The notes under the pieces were generated by a model. The model was given only the letters and a program-made list of their open reading frames with translations, ran no database searches and had not been told where the DNA came from. This document shows, in pieces, positions 9,912-18,995 of a stretch of DNA of 64,000 nucleotides. The DNA is taken from positions 16,996 through 80,995 of the forward strand of contig JAQBGU010000188.1 in assembly GCA_032128375.1 (NCBI GenBank), given 5' to 3'. Position 1 is the stretch's first letter; each line of letters opens with the position of its first letter. The position numbers were made by a program, and so were the translations under genes. Source of the DNA: Deltaproteobacteria bacterium. GTDB taxonomy: Bacteria > Myxococcota_A > UBA9160 > SMWR01.

Positions 9912-10705
9912 GAATCTTCTCGCCTTCGTTTGAATTCTTCGTGTGCAATCGTTCCCACCGCAAGTTCCGGCGGGAGCGGCGCGTCTTCCTCCAGATCGAG
10001 ACATCGAAGAACGTTGGCCTCTACCTCCCGGTAGCGAAGGCCGGATTCGGGACACGCCATGGTGCCGTCATTGGAGGGGTCGAGCAGACGGTGGCCGTGG
10101 CGGCTCATCCAGCCATCTCGTCGCGCCGGGGTTCCGACCATCAACGCGTAGTCGGGCACGTCGCGAGTCACGACCGCCCCCGCCGCGATGAACGCGTGTC
10201 GCCCTACCTCGATTCCGCAAAGGACAGTTGCGTTGGCACCTACCGTCACGCCCCGGCGCAGCAGCGTACGTTCGTACAACTTCTGGCGCACGACTTGCGA
10301 GCGCGGGTTGGTCACGTTGGTGAACACACAGCTCGGCCCGAGAAAGACATCGTCCTCGATGATCGTTCCTGTGTAGATCGATACGTTGTTCTGCACCTTC
10401 ACGTTCCTTCCGAGAGTCACGTCGCTGGCAATGTGCACGTTTTGCCCCAGGTTGCAGTTCTCACCGAGCACGGCGCCGCCCATGACATGCGCGAAGTGCC
10501 AGATCCGGGTGCCTTCGCCGATCTGTGCGCCGGCGTCGACGTAGGCACTCTCGTGAACAAAATATTTGAGCTCGTCGCTGGGCACGGAATTCTCGTTTTC
10601 GCGGGTTTGGACGTTGAATGATGTTGAATGACGGTGAATGAGGAGTTGAAAGAGACGTTGAGTGAATTTCGCGTGAGGGGCTGCCGAATAATCGCGGCCT
10701 GCCAC
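9908..10705 (-). CDS. Hexapeptide-repeat (left-handed beta-helix) sugar N-acetyltransferase, WbpD/WlbB-like
   Basis: 'YFVHESAYVDAGAQIGEGTRIWHFAHV..GAVLGENCNLGQNVHI...' hexapeptide repeats. The true start is uncertain: the only ATG is at 10705, while an in-frame GTG at 10585 gives the family-typical N-terminus (M)PSDELKYFVHES. Confidence 0.85.
   Translation of the reverse strand: MAGRDYSAAPHAKFTQRLFQLLIHRHSTSFNVQTRENENSVPSDELKYFVHESAYVDAGAQIGEGTRIWHFAHVMGGAVLGENCNLGQNVHIASDVTLGRNVKVQNNVSIYTGTIIEDDVFLGPSCVFTNVTNPRSQVVRQKLYERTLLRRGVTVGANATVLCGIEVGRHAFIAAGAVVTRDVPDYALMVGTPARRDGWMSRHGHRLLDPSNDGTMACPESGLRYREVEANVLRCLDLEEDAPLPPELAVGTIAHEEFKRRREDS
10613..10642. repeat. 10-bp tandem repeat GTTGAATGAN x3 (degenerate continuation to ~10675)
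   Basis: Read directly: gttgaatgat / gttgaatgac / ggtgaatgag. It lies between the oxidoreductase stop (10722) and the likely acetyltransferase start (10585). Confidence 0.8.
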
Positions 10706-10721
10706 TGGGACTCCGCAGCGA

Positions 10722-11753
10722 CTACTGAAGTTCGATCAATTTCCCATTCTGCTTCAGCGACTCGCTGCCCGCTTCGAGAACTTCCACGACGCGCAAGCCG
10801 TCCCGACCATCGGAGCGGGGTGTCTCGTCGTTTCGGATGCAATCGAGAAAGTGTTCGCACTCGGCGCGCAGCGGTTCGCCACCATGAACCCTCGGGATCA
10901 CGATATCACCGGTTCGCAGTGTGATCGGCGCAGTGTAGTCCTGGCCGCCGCCCTCGGCGCCTTTGTCGTAGATGCGAACCTTCTCCGCCCCCTCCATATC
11001 GTCGAAGACCACCATCCGCTGCGATCCGACCAGCGTGACCTTGCGAATCTTGTGCGGGTCGAGCCACGAAACGTGAATGTGCGCCATTCGGCCGTCCGCG
11101 AACTTCAGCGTAGCGAACACGACATCTTCGATACCGGTTTGCAGGTAGGCTTGCCCGTTGGCAGAGACACTCAGCGGCTTGGCATTGAAGAAGTAACAGG
11201 CCATCGAAATGTCGTGGGGTGCCAGAGACCACCAGGCATTCTCCTCCTTGCGCACGATCCCCAGATTCAGGCGCTGGAAGTACAGGTAGTGGGCGTCTCC
11301 GATTTCGCCGTTCATGATCATGTCCCGGACAAAGTTGACCGCCGGGTGATACTCGAGCAGATGCCCCACCATCAGCTTGCGCTCGAGGCGGTCGGCAAGC
11401 TCGACGAGTTCGAGCGCCTCTGACCGGTGTAGCGTGAGAGGTTTCTCGACATACACGTGTTTTCCGGCGTTGAGCGCCGCCTTGGCGAAGGGGTAGTGAA
11501 GCGGGGCGTCGACTGCGAGGACCACACACTCGACCGCTGATGATGCCAGTACAGCCTCGTAACTGTCGGTGATGGTCGCCTCCGGACACATCGACGCCAT
11601 CGCGGTGCGCGTCGCCGCGTTCAAATCGCACACGTAGGCGAGATGAGCCCCTTCGATCTGGTGGAAATTGCGAGCCAGATTCTTGCCCCAATTCCCCGCG
11701 CCGACCACGGCAGTGCCGATCGGTCCGTTGCGGGCAGACGACTGGGTGCTCAC
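10722..11753 (-). CDS. Gfo/Idh/MocA-family NAD-dependent sugar oxidoreductase (WbpB/WlbA/GnnA-like 3-dehydrogenase)
   Basis: 'IGTAVVGAGNWGKNLARNF' Rossmann start, 'HVYVEKPL' and 'MVGHLLEYHP' blocks. The GTG at 11753 (VSTQSSARNGPIG...) is preferred, because the upstream 86 codons of the track ORF look non-coding. Confidence 0.85.
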   Translation of the reverse strand: MSTQSSARNGPIGTAVVGAGNWGKNLARNFHQIEGAHLAYVCDLNAATRTAMASMCPEATITDSYEAVLASSAVECVVLAVDAPLHYPFAKAALNAGKHVYVEKPLTLHRSEALELVELADRLERKLMVGHLLEYHPAVNFVRDMIMNGEIGDAHYLYFQRLNLGIVRKEENAWWSLAPHDISMACYFFNAKPLSVSANGQAYLQTGIEDVVFATLKFADGRMAHIHVSWLDPHKIRKVTLVGSQRMVVFDDMEGAEKVRIYDKGAEGGGQDYTAPITLRTGDIVIPRVHGGEPLRAECEHFLDCIRNDETPRSDGRDGLRVVEVLEAGSESLKQNGKLIELQ

Positions 11754-12485
11754 AGACAACGGACTCCGACTTTGAGGTTGGGGCGCGACACAGCGCTCCG
11801 GCGGCAGAGCACTGTACCACTCGGAATATGGCGCAGACAGGTGGAGGACGCGGCGGCAACTACGGGAAATTGCATGTGTTCTTCCGTCGGAAAGTCCCGA
11901 GGTGTTCTTGAACGCCAGCTCCGAAGTTTCGGTTTCGAGTACGCACCGCACTGGACGCGGCCCGGGGCTATCCAGCGAGACGCGAAACTCGGGGGCGCCC
12001 CACTTCGGCACTGCCGCACGGGGCCCGAAAGCAGCGGTATTCCCGAGGCATGTATGACTGGAACTAACTGATTCTAAATGAAAATTTCACCATCAACCCG
12101 AACCAGCTCAACTTTGACCGAGCAAGCGCCGACGAGTCGGAAGACGGGAACGATTTGGCGCGATTGGAGTGTTTTTTTTGCCGTCTCGTGACACTTCAAC
12201 TCCATAGAGGGCCACTACCCCAAAAGACAGCTTCGCGAGCGGCCGGGCAAGGGACCCTTCGCGTGGGATCTGTGGGAGACATCGAAGATGGCAATCGACG
12301 CCAGCCTGCTGCTGGAAGACGCACACGCGGCGGCGGCGCAGGTCGGCTCTGACGGCAACCGATTCACAGATCGAGTTGTTCTCGGCTGGCCCGAGCGCGC
12401 CTCCTCCGCCGCAACAGAGCGTGCCCCGGCCAAGAGATCCCTGTTCAAGCGCGCTGCCAGGTTTTGCGTTCGGATTCACGTCGCG

Positions 12486-12986
12486 ATGCAATTGCGTTGG
12501 TATCGCCTCGCGTACCGAATGACCCTTGGAGAAGTAGGCCGTGGATGCGTGTTTGGAGCCGGTATCCTCGTTCAGGGGCACGAAGGGATCAGAGTTGGTG
12601 ACGATGTACGCATCAACGACTACGTGTTTCTGCAGTGCGGCGGCAAGTCCGAACTCATCATCCACGACGAGGTAACGATCTCGATCGGTGCTCAAATCAT
12701 GACCGGCCAATACCCCGTCGGTCGCGACGGCCACGATCGCTCGGTCCACGTATACCAGACCGTCATCCTCGAAAAAGGTGTGTGGATCGGCGCCAATGCG
12801 GTCGTGCTTCCGGGTGTGCGAGTCGGCGCTGGTTCGATTGTCGCGGCTGGATCGGTCGTCAATAGCGACGTGCCGCCCGGCGTGATCGTTGCCGGTTCGC
12901 CCGCCAAGCTGATCCGACGACACGATGAGTTCGGCGACCGGACAGCCAGCCTCAGCTACCTGCGGGCATCAGGCGGCGCGTTGTAA
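12486..12986 (+). CDS. Hexapeptide-repeat O-acetyltransferase (maltose/galactoside acetyltransferase, WbbJ-like)
   Basis: '[51 protein letters not shown]' is the classic LbH C-terminus. The track start is 12288; the ATG at 12486 gives a typical length. Confidence 0.8.
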   Translation: MQLRWYRLAYRMTLGEVGRGCVFGAGILVQGHEGIRVGDDVRINDYVFLQCGGKSELIIHDEVTISIGAQIMTGQYPVGRDGHDRSVHVYQTVILEKGVWIGANAVVLPGVRVGAGSIVAAGSVVNSDVPPGVIVAGSPAKLIRRHDEFGDRTASLSYLRASGGAL

Positions 12987-13086
12987 CAAGCGGGTCTGCC
13001 ACCAACGGTTCTTCGCCTCGACTGCTCGCAACGCCAAGAATCCCGCGTGGGCTGCCAACTCGCACCGGCATCTGTGTAGCTGCTGC

Positions 13087-13998
13087 TCAGTCCCGCAGCT
13101 CGGACCAGTGTGAAAGGTCGCGCCCCAGAGTTCGTGACAGGGATTCGATATCCGAGCGAAATTCACTGACGAGACGCGCGCGAAATTCGGGGTCCGGAAC
13201 GCTGGCTTCCTTCGCCTCCATCGTGAATCGCTCCAGGCGTTTGAACAGACCGAAGGTGGTCAAGATCCCCATGCGGCTCTTCAATCGGGACGCGGCAGAC
13301 CAGGTCGCAAACAGCAGGCGACCCGCGCGCCGTGACCGATAGTCGCGCCGTACGTTGGCTTTCGCGAATTCATCTCGCCCATCAGCGGGCAGATCGAGGA
13401 AACTCAGCACGCTCTCGTAGACGGCCCTGGTATCGCGAGAGAAATCGTCGAACAAGATGATCTTCACCTGTTCGCGCGGGAAGATCTCGAGGAGGCGTTC
13501 GACCTGCTCGCCCAGTTTGCAGGCCTCTCCGTACAAGAACGTGCGCGGGTCGTAACGCGTGTTGCGATTCTTGGGCAGGAGCTCGGGATCGCGTCGCTCC
13601 TCCTGCAGATCCCATGCGCGGCGCAGGTCCGGCTCCGACTCGGCGAAGTCGCGAAGCAGCTGCGCGTGCAGGGAATAAGTCATCTCGATCGGGTTTCGGA
13701 GCATCGCGATGATCTTGGCATCGGGGTCGAAACGCCGAATGTTCGGCAATGCCTCTCGGGAATACAGGTACCAGCTAGACGCCTCGCCGATCCTGGTACA
13801 TTCGTCGCCCGCGCGATCGAAGAGCTTGAGGTAGTTCTCCTCCGTCGCGACATAGCGATGCGACGGAAAATCCGTGGCGAAGTAGTGCGGTTCCTTGGGT
13901 TCGCAAAAAAACGCACCCGGATGATCGACCAGGTACTGCCGAAGCGCTGTGGTTCCGCACTTTGGTGCGCCAACGATGAAGAAATTGGGTCGGGCCAT
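13087..13998 (-). CDS. PAPS-dependent sulfotransferase (Sulfotransfer_1/3-like)
   Basis: N-terminus 'MARPNFFIVGAPKCGTTAL' is the 5'-phosphosulfate-binding loop. 'IIAMLRNPIEMTYS' resembles the 3'-phosphate-binding region. The ATG at 13998 overlaps the upstream TAA (TAATG). Confidence 0.85.
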   Translation of the reverse strand: MARPNFFIVGAPKCGTTALRQYLVDHPGAFFCEPKEPHYFATDFPSHRYVATEENYLKLFDRAGDECTRIGEASSWYLYSREALPNIRRFDPDAKIIAMLRNPIEMTYSLHAQLLRDFAESEPDLRRAWDLQEERRDPELLPKNRNTRYDPRTFLYGEACKLGEQVERLLEIFPREQVKIILFDDFSRDTRAVYESVLSFLDLPADGRDEFAKANVRRDYRSRRAGRLLFATWSAASRLKSRMGILTTFGLFKRLERFTMEAKEASVPDPEFRARLVSEFRSDIESLSRTLGRDLSHWSELRD

Positions 13999-15248
13999 TA
14001 CGTGGTGTATCGGTCCTTTGGGTGGCTGTCGGAGACCCGGGTAGCCGCAGCGCGGGCAGCGGCTGCGATATCCATCAACGCTTTCCCCCAGGTCCGCTCC
14101 CAGGTAAACCGAGTCCTCACTTCTGCGCAAGCGGCCTGGCCCAGTTCGCCTGCGAGTCCCGGAGATGCGACAAGCCTTGCGATGGCATCCGCCATCGATG
14201 CGGAATCATCTGGGCAAAACAGCAGTCCCGTTCTTCCATCCTCGACCACTTCGCGGCTGGCCGGAGTCTCCGCCACGATCGGTGCGAGGCCGGCCGCCAT
14301 GTATTCCGGGACTTTGACCGGGACGATGATCTCGCCTCCGATGGACATCACCACCGCAGCATCCATTGCCGACAGCCAGTGCGAAACCTCATCATGAGGC
14401 ACCTTCCCCTGGCGGATCACGAGATCGTCGACACCCAGCTGGGTCGCCTTCGCATCCAGCCTTCGGCGATTCGGACCGTCCCCCACCACAAGCCAGTAGA
14501 CCGGCCCAATCCGGCGTTCACGCAGCTTGGCGGCCGCTTCCGCGATCATATGAACCTGATGGAACCACGCGTACGACCCGACGAAGCCCACGACGAGCGC
14601 GTTCGCGGGAATTTTCATCTGTTCGCGAATTCGCCTTCCAGCCTCTGGATCGCGCGTGAACTGTTCTGGATTCACCGCGTTGTGACTGACGACGATGCGT
14701 GGCATAGGGATGTCGTAATTCGCGGCGATATCCCGTTTCCACGCCTCCGAAACCACCACGACGCGAAAGGCTGCTTTCATCCGCACGCGGTCGGCTTCGA
14801 GAGCGCGTGCCCGAAACAGCGAATGGTCGTACGCAACCAGCGCATCGATCCATTCCAGCACATAAGGAACGTCGAGTTCGCGAGCGACTTGCATAGGCGC
14901 CAGATGGAGTCGCGACGCGCGATGCCAGATCAACTCGGGCTTGTTCGCAGCGGATCGCTGCAGCAGGTACGCCTTCAGACGTTTGTCGTGGCGGATGTCC
15001 CGAAACTCGGACACCGAATAACGCAGCGATGCGGCTATGCCCTTCAGTCCAGGCTCTGTAGTCCACGATCCAGCTTGTTTCGGCGAGACTGGAACAGCAG
15101 CAGACGCACCCACACCGCCGATGACATCACCTCCACAGACCTGATCGACTTCGAATCCGAGTTTGCGCCAGGTCTCGCAGATGGAGTCGATCTTCCTGCT
15201 CTTGCGCGCCGAATAGGCGCTGCGGTCTGAACGGATATAGAGAATCAT
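13998..15248 (-). CDS. Glycosyltransferase, GT4
   Basis: 'VVGFVGSY...VVGDGPNRRRL...KVPEYMAAGLAPIVAETPASREVVEDGRTGLLF' GT-B C-terminal domain. The ATG at 15248 (MILYIRSD...) is preferred over 15329. Confidence 0.8.
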   Translation of the reverse strand: MILYIRSDRSAYSARKSRKIDSICETWRKLGFEVDQVCGGDVIGGVGASAAVPVSPKQAGSWTTEPGLKGIAASLRYSVSEFRDIRHDKRLKAYLLQRSAANKPELIWHRASRLHLAPMQVARELDVPYVLEWIDALVAYDHSLFRARALEADRVRMKAAFRVVVVSEAWKRDIAANYDIPMPRIVVSHNAVNPEQFTRDPEAGRRIREQMKIPANALVVGFVGSYAWFHQVHMIAEAAAKLRERRIGPVYWLVVGDGPNRRRLDAKATQLGVDDLVIRQGKVPHDEVSHWLSAMDAAVVMSIGGEIIVPVKVPEYMAAGLAPIVAETPASREVVEDGRTGLLFCPDDSASMADAIARLVASPGLAGELGQAACAEVRTRFTWERTWGKALMDIAAAARAAATRVSDSHPKDRYTT

Positions 15249-15429
15249 CGTTGCCCTCTTCGACGAGTCTACTGAGCGCTTGACCGCTGTCGACTCGATC
15301 CGCAACTCGTTCCGGAACTTTGTCCACACAGCCGTTCACATTAGGCAGAGAGTACGAGCGCTGTCGCGGTGTTCGCGATTCGACCGGCGACGCCGCGTGA
15401 ACTAGGCTTCGAGCGGGGGTGAAATCCGC

Positions 15430-18400
15430 TTGATGGACCGCAGACCCGCAGTCGTCAATCCACGCTCATGGTTCGGGGCGCTGATTTTCTGGGTGGCTCT
15501 ATCGAGCCATGCACACGACGGACATCCGACTCTCAACAGCACCCCCGAGCAGGAAGATGCGACAAGCTTCGACGATCTACGAGTCCCCCTGCTCCCGGTT
15601 CCTACCGAATGGGCGTTCAATGACACCTGGAAGATGCGCAAGATCGGCGCGAATGAATTCTACTTCGTCGAGAACGGTCCGTTTGCGCGCATGCAAGCAA
15701 ACTCTCAACCAAATCTGCACCGCTCACTGTACGAAACGGGAATCTTGCAGCGCGCGATCCCTGGATTTCTCGATATGCGATACCTCTCGCTGATCGGGGA
15801 ACTCTCGGGCGCGAATCCAGCTGAACGGCCGGTGCTCGAAGAATACATCGCGAATCAGTGGCCGATCTGGTCGATTTCGTATGCGACGGCTCGAGATCTG
15901 GCCATGCCTGGCCGAAGTTCCTTTGACACGATGGGCGACCTTTGGGTCGGCGACGGCTCGACGGAGTACATGACCTACCGACTCGATGGAGTCGTCAATT
16001 ACATGCGCTCGGCGAAGATCGGATCATTTTCTTCCTCTGTCGACACCCATGCGGACTCATGGGCGCGTTACATGGAAAATTCGCTCATTCCTGAACTGAG
16101 GAAGGTGCTCCCGGCGGCCGTGAACCCGAAATCGTTCGATCGGCAGGTTCTCTGGACACACTCGGACGCACGAACGCTGAGCAACGCATTCATGAGGACT
16201 TACTTCGAAAAAATCGGGAGGCCAATCGCGTGGGGGGGCTACCTGTCGCCCTATTACCTCGCGATGATGCCAGAGAACAGAGCAGTCGGTGAGCGCAATT
16301 CCGATCCTCTCTACACCGCCCGTGCCCGCGGAATCATGCGAAGCGCTGGGGGCGACAAATTTCATATGAGCTGGCAGACGAGCGAGGAGGTCGCACGTTG
16401 GATGGGTCACAACGCAGAAAACGGTGTGATCCCGGCCCGTAACGAAGCCCATGGCTACAACCTCAATCACATCCGCAACATGATGTGGCGACCTTTTCTG
16501 ACCGGTGTGCAGTACTTCATTTTTCACCGGGCGCCGATCGGATTGATCAACGACGTCGAGCAGGACGGCCACCATGAAATCAACGCGATCGGGGAGACGT
16601 TCCACGACATCATGGATATGGCTGAGAACTTGCCGGACCGCGGCGTCGCGGTGGCATCGGTCGGATTACTGCTGGACGGCGATCGCAACATCTCTTCGTT
16701 TCAACACCGACCCACCGAAAGCTACATCGGACTCCAGACGAAAATCGACGCCGCAGACTTCATGATCAATGGCCTTCTCTCCGATCTATTCCCCGTGCAC
16801 AGCGCCACGGCCGGCTACGGACTGCCTAACCGGTATGCGCCGTACGGGGAAATTTTCGACATCCTTTCTCCGAATCAGAGGGGAGTGCCGGTTTCACCCG
16901 AAACGCTCGCGAATTACAAAGTGCTTTTCGACATGGGTGGTCTCCAGGTCGACGCCCAGTACGCGCGCGTACTCGAGGATTATGTCCGAACAGGCGGCGC
17001 ACTCTTGATGAATGCTGCGGACCTGGGCGATCACCTGAATCCGGCCTTCTTCGGTGTCTCGCTATCGAGAGAATCGCGAAAGGGCAATCGGGTCGTGAGC
17101 GTTCGAGATGGGCGCAATTTTGACGAGGCGACCTTCAGCTACGATTCGCTTGCTCCGAACGGGGCCGAGGTTCTCTACACTGTCGATGGTCATCCATTCG
17201 TAACGCTCCATCGAGTTGGCCGAGGCCACGCGATGCTGGCTGCCAGCCCGCTGATCCAGGACGCAAGCGTCAAGGACCGCCGATCCGAACTTGCGCCAAC
17301 ATTCAACAATCGCCCGCTGTTGAAGATGGTCCCCCATTTGATGGACCAGCTGACTGCCGGGACGATGCCAATCGAACTTCGCTGTGCACCCGAGCACCGC
17401 AAGGACTTGACTTGGTGGGTGCACAAGAAGGAAGCATCGTGGCTGGTATTCGTGCAGAACTACAACCAGAACCTGCGCTTCGAGCGCCGCGGCGGGACCC
17501 TTTTCAACATCATCGGAGACTACGAGTTCGAGCCGATCGAATACGAATTGGTGAGTCAGGTTCCGGTCGCCGACGTCGTGGATCTCTACGGTCGCAGGAA
17601 CATCCCATTCGAGAAGCGAGCGGGCCTGACGGTAGCGACTGACTACGCGCGCTGGGGCGACGTCCGGATTTACGAATTTTCCGCAAAACCGATCGAGTTG
17701 ACGAGAAGCCGCTTCGTCAACTACGCCGAGGACCGGCCGGTTCGCGCCTCTGGAACGCTGGTACTGCCAATCCACAAGCCGAAGCCGGACGACGCCAGGA
17801 CGCAGCGCTACTCACCTCGTCTGGCCGTCGACGGAAGCTTCGACAACCGCCGATTCTGGCAGTCGGGCCGGGGACTCGATCGCAAAGAGCGCGACTGGCA
17901 CAAGACACTTCCGCTTCCTGCATGGCTCGAAGTCGATCTCGAGCAGACCCGCGTCGTTGATCACGCGACGATCCAGTTCCATCATCGACCGATCCAGGAC
18001 TCGCCCGACATGGTGCCGACGATCATCCGCTACACGATCGAAGTATCCAAGAATGGTCGAAGTTGGACAGCGGTCGTCGACGAATCCGCGAACGCCAAGC
18101 CGCTGCGACGGCGCGCAGTCACAAAATGGTTCGATCCGATCGACGCACGTTATGCGCGCATCACAGTACTCGCGAACTCAGACCGTCGCGGAGCCCAGGT
18201 CGTCGAATTCAGCATTCATGGAAGTGACCGGGAGAGCTTCGTCGCGCAAAGGACATCACCCTGGCCGCCCGAACGCCCGTGGTTACCGATCGAGGTACAG
18301 AACTGGCCGGCCTCGCGGCAGGTCTATCTGGCCGACGGGGAGCCGATCTCCGTGAAGGACCGGGGTGGAAAGCGACAGCAGCGCCAGTTCCCGGAACAAA

Positions 18401-18747
18401 CCATCCGCGCAGACTATGACTCGATGTGGGGTGGTCATCGCTACGAGAAGGTGCTCGATGTCTCCGCTCCGCATGAAGTGAGCTACGCAATCGCCGACAA
18501 CGCGCAACTCTTCGTCGCGGTCGGTGGGTTTACGCGCTTATACGCCGACCGACCCGGCGTGATCTATCGGGTCTTCGTAGACGGGCAGAAGCGCTTCGAT
18601 TCCGGCGAATACTATGGCTTCGATGCACTTCCCATTGTCGTCGATGTTCATGGCGCGCGCACATTGAGGGTTGTCGTCGACGACATGCAAGACGGAGCCA
18701 GTGCGCATGAGGCATTGCTGGCCACGCCCCGCTTCCTGCTGAAATAG
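15430..18747 (+). CDS. Large secreted carbohydrate-active protein with F5/8 type C (discoidin) and C-terminal NPCBM-like domains
   Basis: Signal-peptide-like N-terminus (SWFGALIFWVALSSHAHD). Discoidin blocks 'AVDGSFDNRRFWQS...WLEVDL...YTIEVSKNGRSW...ARYARITV..VVEFSIHG'. NPCBM-like tail 'VYLADGEPIS...FVAVGGF...YRVFVDGQKRFDSG...TLRVVVDDMQDG..AHEALLATPRF'. The N-terminal ~750 aa are unassigned. Confidence 0.75.
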   Translation: MMDRRPAVVNPRSWFGALIFWVALSSHAHDGHPTLNSTPEQEDATSFDDLRVPLLPVPTEWAFNDTWKMRKIGANEFYFVENGPFARMQANSQPNLHRSLYETGILQRAIPGFLDMRYLSLIGELSGANPAERPVLEEYIANQWPIWSISYATARDLAMPGRSSFDTMGDLWVGDGSTEYMTYRLDGVVNYMRSAKIGSFSSSVDTHADSWARYMENSLIPELRKVLPAAVNPKSFDRQVLWTHSDARTLSNAFMRTYFEKIGRPIAWGGYLSPYYLAMMPENRAVGERNSDPLYTARARGIMRSAGGDKFHMSWQTSEEVARWMGHNAENGVIPARNEAHGYNLNHIRNMMWRPFLTGVQYFIFHRAPIGLINDVEQDGHHEINAIGETFHDIMDMAENLPDRGVAVASVGLLLDGDRNISSFQHRPTESYIGLQTKIDAADFMINGLLSDLFPVHSATAGYGLPNRYAPYGEIFDILSPNQRGVPVSPETLANYKVLFDMGGLQVDAQYARVLEDYVRTGGALLMNAADLGDHLNPAFFGVSLSRESRKGNRVVSVRDGRNFDEATFSYDSLAPNGAEVLYTVDGHPFVTLHRVGRGHAMLAASPLIQDASVKDRRSELAPTFNNRPLLKMVPHLMDQLTAGTMPIELRCAPEHRKDLTWWVHKKEASWLVFVQNYNQNLRFERRGGTLFNIIGDYEFEPIEYELVSQVPVADVVDLYGRRNIPFEKRAGLTVATDYARWGDVRIYEFSAKPIELTRSRFVNYAEDRPVRASGTLVLPIHKPKPDDARTQRYSPRLAVDGSFDNRRFWQSGRGLDRKERDWHKTLPLPAWLEVDLEQTRVVDHATIQFHHRPIQDSPDMVPTIIRYTIEVSKNGRSWTAVVDESANAKPLRRRAVTKWFDPIDARYARITVLANSDRRGAQVVEFSIHGSDRESFVAQRTSPWPPERPWLPIEVQNWPASRQVYLADGEPISVKDRGGKRQQRQFPEQTIRADYDSMWGGHRYEKVLDVSAPHEVSYAIADNAQLFVAVGGFTRLYADRPGVIYRVFVDGQKRFDSGEYYGFDALPIVVDVHGARTLRVVVDDMQDGASAHEALLATPRFLLK

Positions 18748-18995
18748 CTTCCAGTGGCGCCCGTCCATCGTTTCAATCGGTCCACCACTCCAGACACCGC
18801 CCGAGCCGGGACTCCGGCGACCAGCCCAAGGTTGGACACCTCATGCTGTATCCGTCCTCGAGCCAAAGCAGCGGTTTTGAGATCGGCGGCGCGGCGCGAC
18901 TATATTTCCCCCAAAAAATGTCTCAGTTTCATATAGTCCTCATCTGTTCGCCGTATCAAAGTACGCAGCGAATATGACCTCCCCTGGGCCCGTGG

